In this document: in pieces, positions 62,499 through 64,000 of the stretch
Layout: every line of letters starts with the position of its first letter
Numbering within the stretch: the first letter of the stretch is position 1
NCBI GenBank assembly: GCA_964248365.1
Contig: CAXTYC010000016.1
Coordinates: 49,063-113,062, forward strand
Source: an uncultured Chroococcidiopsis sp.
GTDB lineage: Bacteria; Cyanobacteriota; Cyanobacteriia; Cyanobacteriales; Chroococcidiopsidaceae
Direction: 5' to 3'
Length of the DNA: 64,000 nucleotides
Notes under the pieces: generated by a model
Databases searched by the model: none
Seen by the model: only the letters and a program-made list of their open reading frames with translations
Told to the model about the DNA's origin: nothing
Position numbers and translations under genes: made by a program

Positions 62499-63848
62499 GA
62501 GCAGCTGGAATAAGTACTGTGTTAACCGCGCCATAAGCATATCTCAAAATGCACTCTCCCTTGGGGTCAAACAACCAATATTCCAGCACGCTGCCCTGCT
62601 GATACAGAATCTTCTTGAAACCCATGTCCTGCTCTCTAGTTGCTTGAGAAGTAATCTCAAAAATAACCCCAGGCACTTTTCCCTCTTCCCAAATCTTGTA
62701 ATTATCCCGACCCACAGGTGCAACATTGAAAATTATTATTACATCTGGAACTACCCGTAGTTTAGGGAAACCTTAAGCATAATACAGAATAATACAGAAA
62801 CTGATTACCCAGAACGGAGATGTTATCAAGCTGTGGATGTGCTAACCTCTACGTAGAGTCAGAGCAACATCAACTTGATTGGGAGTCGTCGTGATTACAC
62901 AAGTACTACACTGTCCTAATTGTGAGGGTACAGTATTGTTAAACATGGCAAGTCTCCAGAAGGAAAGCAACGATATAAATGTCGGGAGACTGCCGGAGAT
63001 GGTCGCACATTTATATTAGATTATGCTTATCCTGGTCAATCCAGGTTGGTAAAACAACAGATTGTGGATATGGCACTCAATGGGAGTGGGATTCGAGATA
63101 CAGCGCGAGTTTTACATATCAGTCCCAGTACAGTCATTCGGGAATTAAAAAAAAAGAACCACAATTACAACAAGTAAACTTGCAGGTATTGAAGCAATTG
63201 AACTTAGAGCAAATTCAAGTTGGTATTTATTTGGTTCATTCGCCTGAACAACCCAACAAGTTAGAATCTGAGCTAGATGAGATGTGGAGTTATGTCAGCA
63301 AAAAAGATAATCCAAGATGGTTATGGGATGCTATCGATCATACTAGTGGAAAAGTTTTGGCTTACGTCTTTGGGAGACGTAAGGATGAAGTTTTTCGGCA
63401 GTTGAAAGCCGAACTTGAGCCTTTTGGGATTAGCCGCTTTTATACAGATGGATGGGGAGCTTATGAACGTCATTTAGAAACCGAAAGACATGAAGCAGGC
63501 AAACAATATACGCAAAAGATAGAAAGCAAGCATATAAATTTACGTACAAGGATTAAACGTTTAGCTCGAAAAACCATTTGTTTTTCTAAAAAGATTACCA
63601 TGCACGATATTGTGATTGGGCTATTTATTAATCGCGCTTGAGTTTGGGGTAGCAATTTGATATCTCATCCACAGCTTTAAAACACCTCCCCCAGAACGGT
63701 TGCCTGCCGACCCAGCTAATACTAGCCTTAAGACCTCTAAAGTTACTAGCAAGGCGTACAAATGAATATACGTTTGTGCCAAGGTTTCACCATCCGAGTT
63801 TGGGTAAAAAATTTTAGCAGATTGAGATGTGGGTACGATGCTAGGCAT
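62491..63848 (-). pseudogene. Uma2 (DUF820) endonuclease split by IS1 and further degraded
   Basis: 5' part IFYPNSDGETLA.TY.HLYA..GRQATVL right of the IS; 3' part GNQFLYY..PDV..F.V...GRDNYKIWEEG.VP.VIFEITS..EYWLFDP left of it. Confidence 0.85.
62816..63689 (+). mobile_element. IS1-family insertion sequence, 874 bp, with 8-bp TSD CCCAGAAC
   Basis: 24-bp IRs GGAGATGTTATCAAGCTGTGGATG / GGAGGTGTTTTAAAGCTGTGGATG; TSD at 62808-62815 and 63690-63697; InsA from 62891, A9 slip site at 63147-63155, InsB DEMW, YTDGW, IE..H..LR. Confidence 0.95.
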
Positions 63849-63902
63849 AATTAGCTACCAAATTTAGAAATAGCTGCATGATTCTATTGTCCTAGCTCTA
63901 AT

Positions 63903-63940
63903 AAAAAACCCCCTCTCAACAAAGAGAGGAGGCTTGTTTT
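63903..63940 (-). terminator. rRNA operon terminator
   Basis: CCTCTC/GAGAGG stem with a T-tract on the minus strand, downstream of 5S. Confidence 0.65.
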
Positions 63941-63949
63941 AGATTATCA

Positions 63950-64000
63950 ACCTGGCACGGAGCTATTTTGCCGTGGGGCTACCCCCAAAGTATCGTCGCC
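63950..64000 (-). rRNA. rrf: 5S rRNA, 3' portion (truncated by window end)
   Basis: Minus strand GGCGACGATACTTTGGGGGTAGCCCCACGGCAAAATAGCTCCGTGCCAGG matches the cyanobacterial 5S 3' half. Confidence 0.92.

Noticed and set aside
62979..63146. N-terminal part of the 220-aa IS ORF
   Set aside because: Off-frame reading of insA; true InsB similarity starts at the A9 slip site.

Overview
64-kb chromosomal segment of a cyanobacterium. The HIP1 octamer GCGATCGC is very frequent, heptamer STRR-type arrays are present, and the rhodopsin and gene content are consistent with a Chroococcidiopsidales/Nostocales-like terrestrial strain (taxonomy is inference). Core content: the large atp operon (atpI-atpB-atpE-b'-atpF-atpH-atpA-atpG, minus strand), apcE and apcABC, ftsW, ccdA-ccs1, queF, SRP RNA (ffs), cytM/petG, rsmD, hisH, purN, a cob(I)yrinate adenosyltransferase and the 3' end of a 5S rRNA. 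Accessory content: PPK2, a CpcS-like protein, a Cu-type P1B-ATPase with a MerR-type promoter, a TSD-motif chloride-pump rhodopsin, a NACHT NTPase, a helical carotenoid protein, a MacAB-like exporter interrupted by a four-helix-bundle gene enclosed in inverted heptamer arrays, a decayed BrnT/BrnA-like module, and an IS1 with an 8-bp TSD inside a Uma2 gene. Most notable: (i) the four-helix-bundle cassette flanked by inverted heptamer arms, with gene-less arm pairs elsewhere; (ii) small repeats inserted in frame into protein genes, including a 24-nt element splitting a HIP1 site; (iii) two or three small ORFs missed by the ORF track; (iv) a recurring 16-bp palindrome upstream of stress-type genes. 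No CRISPR array or tRNA was seen. Family assignments are from motif recognition, not database searches.
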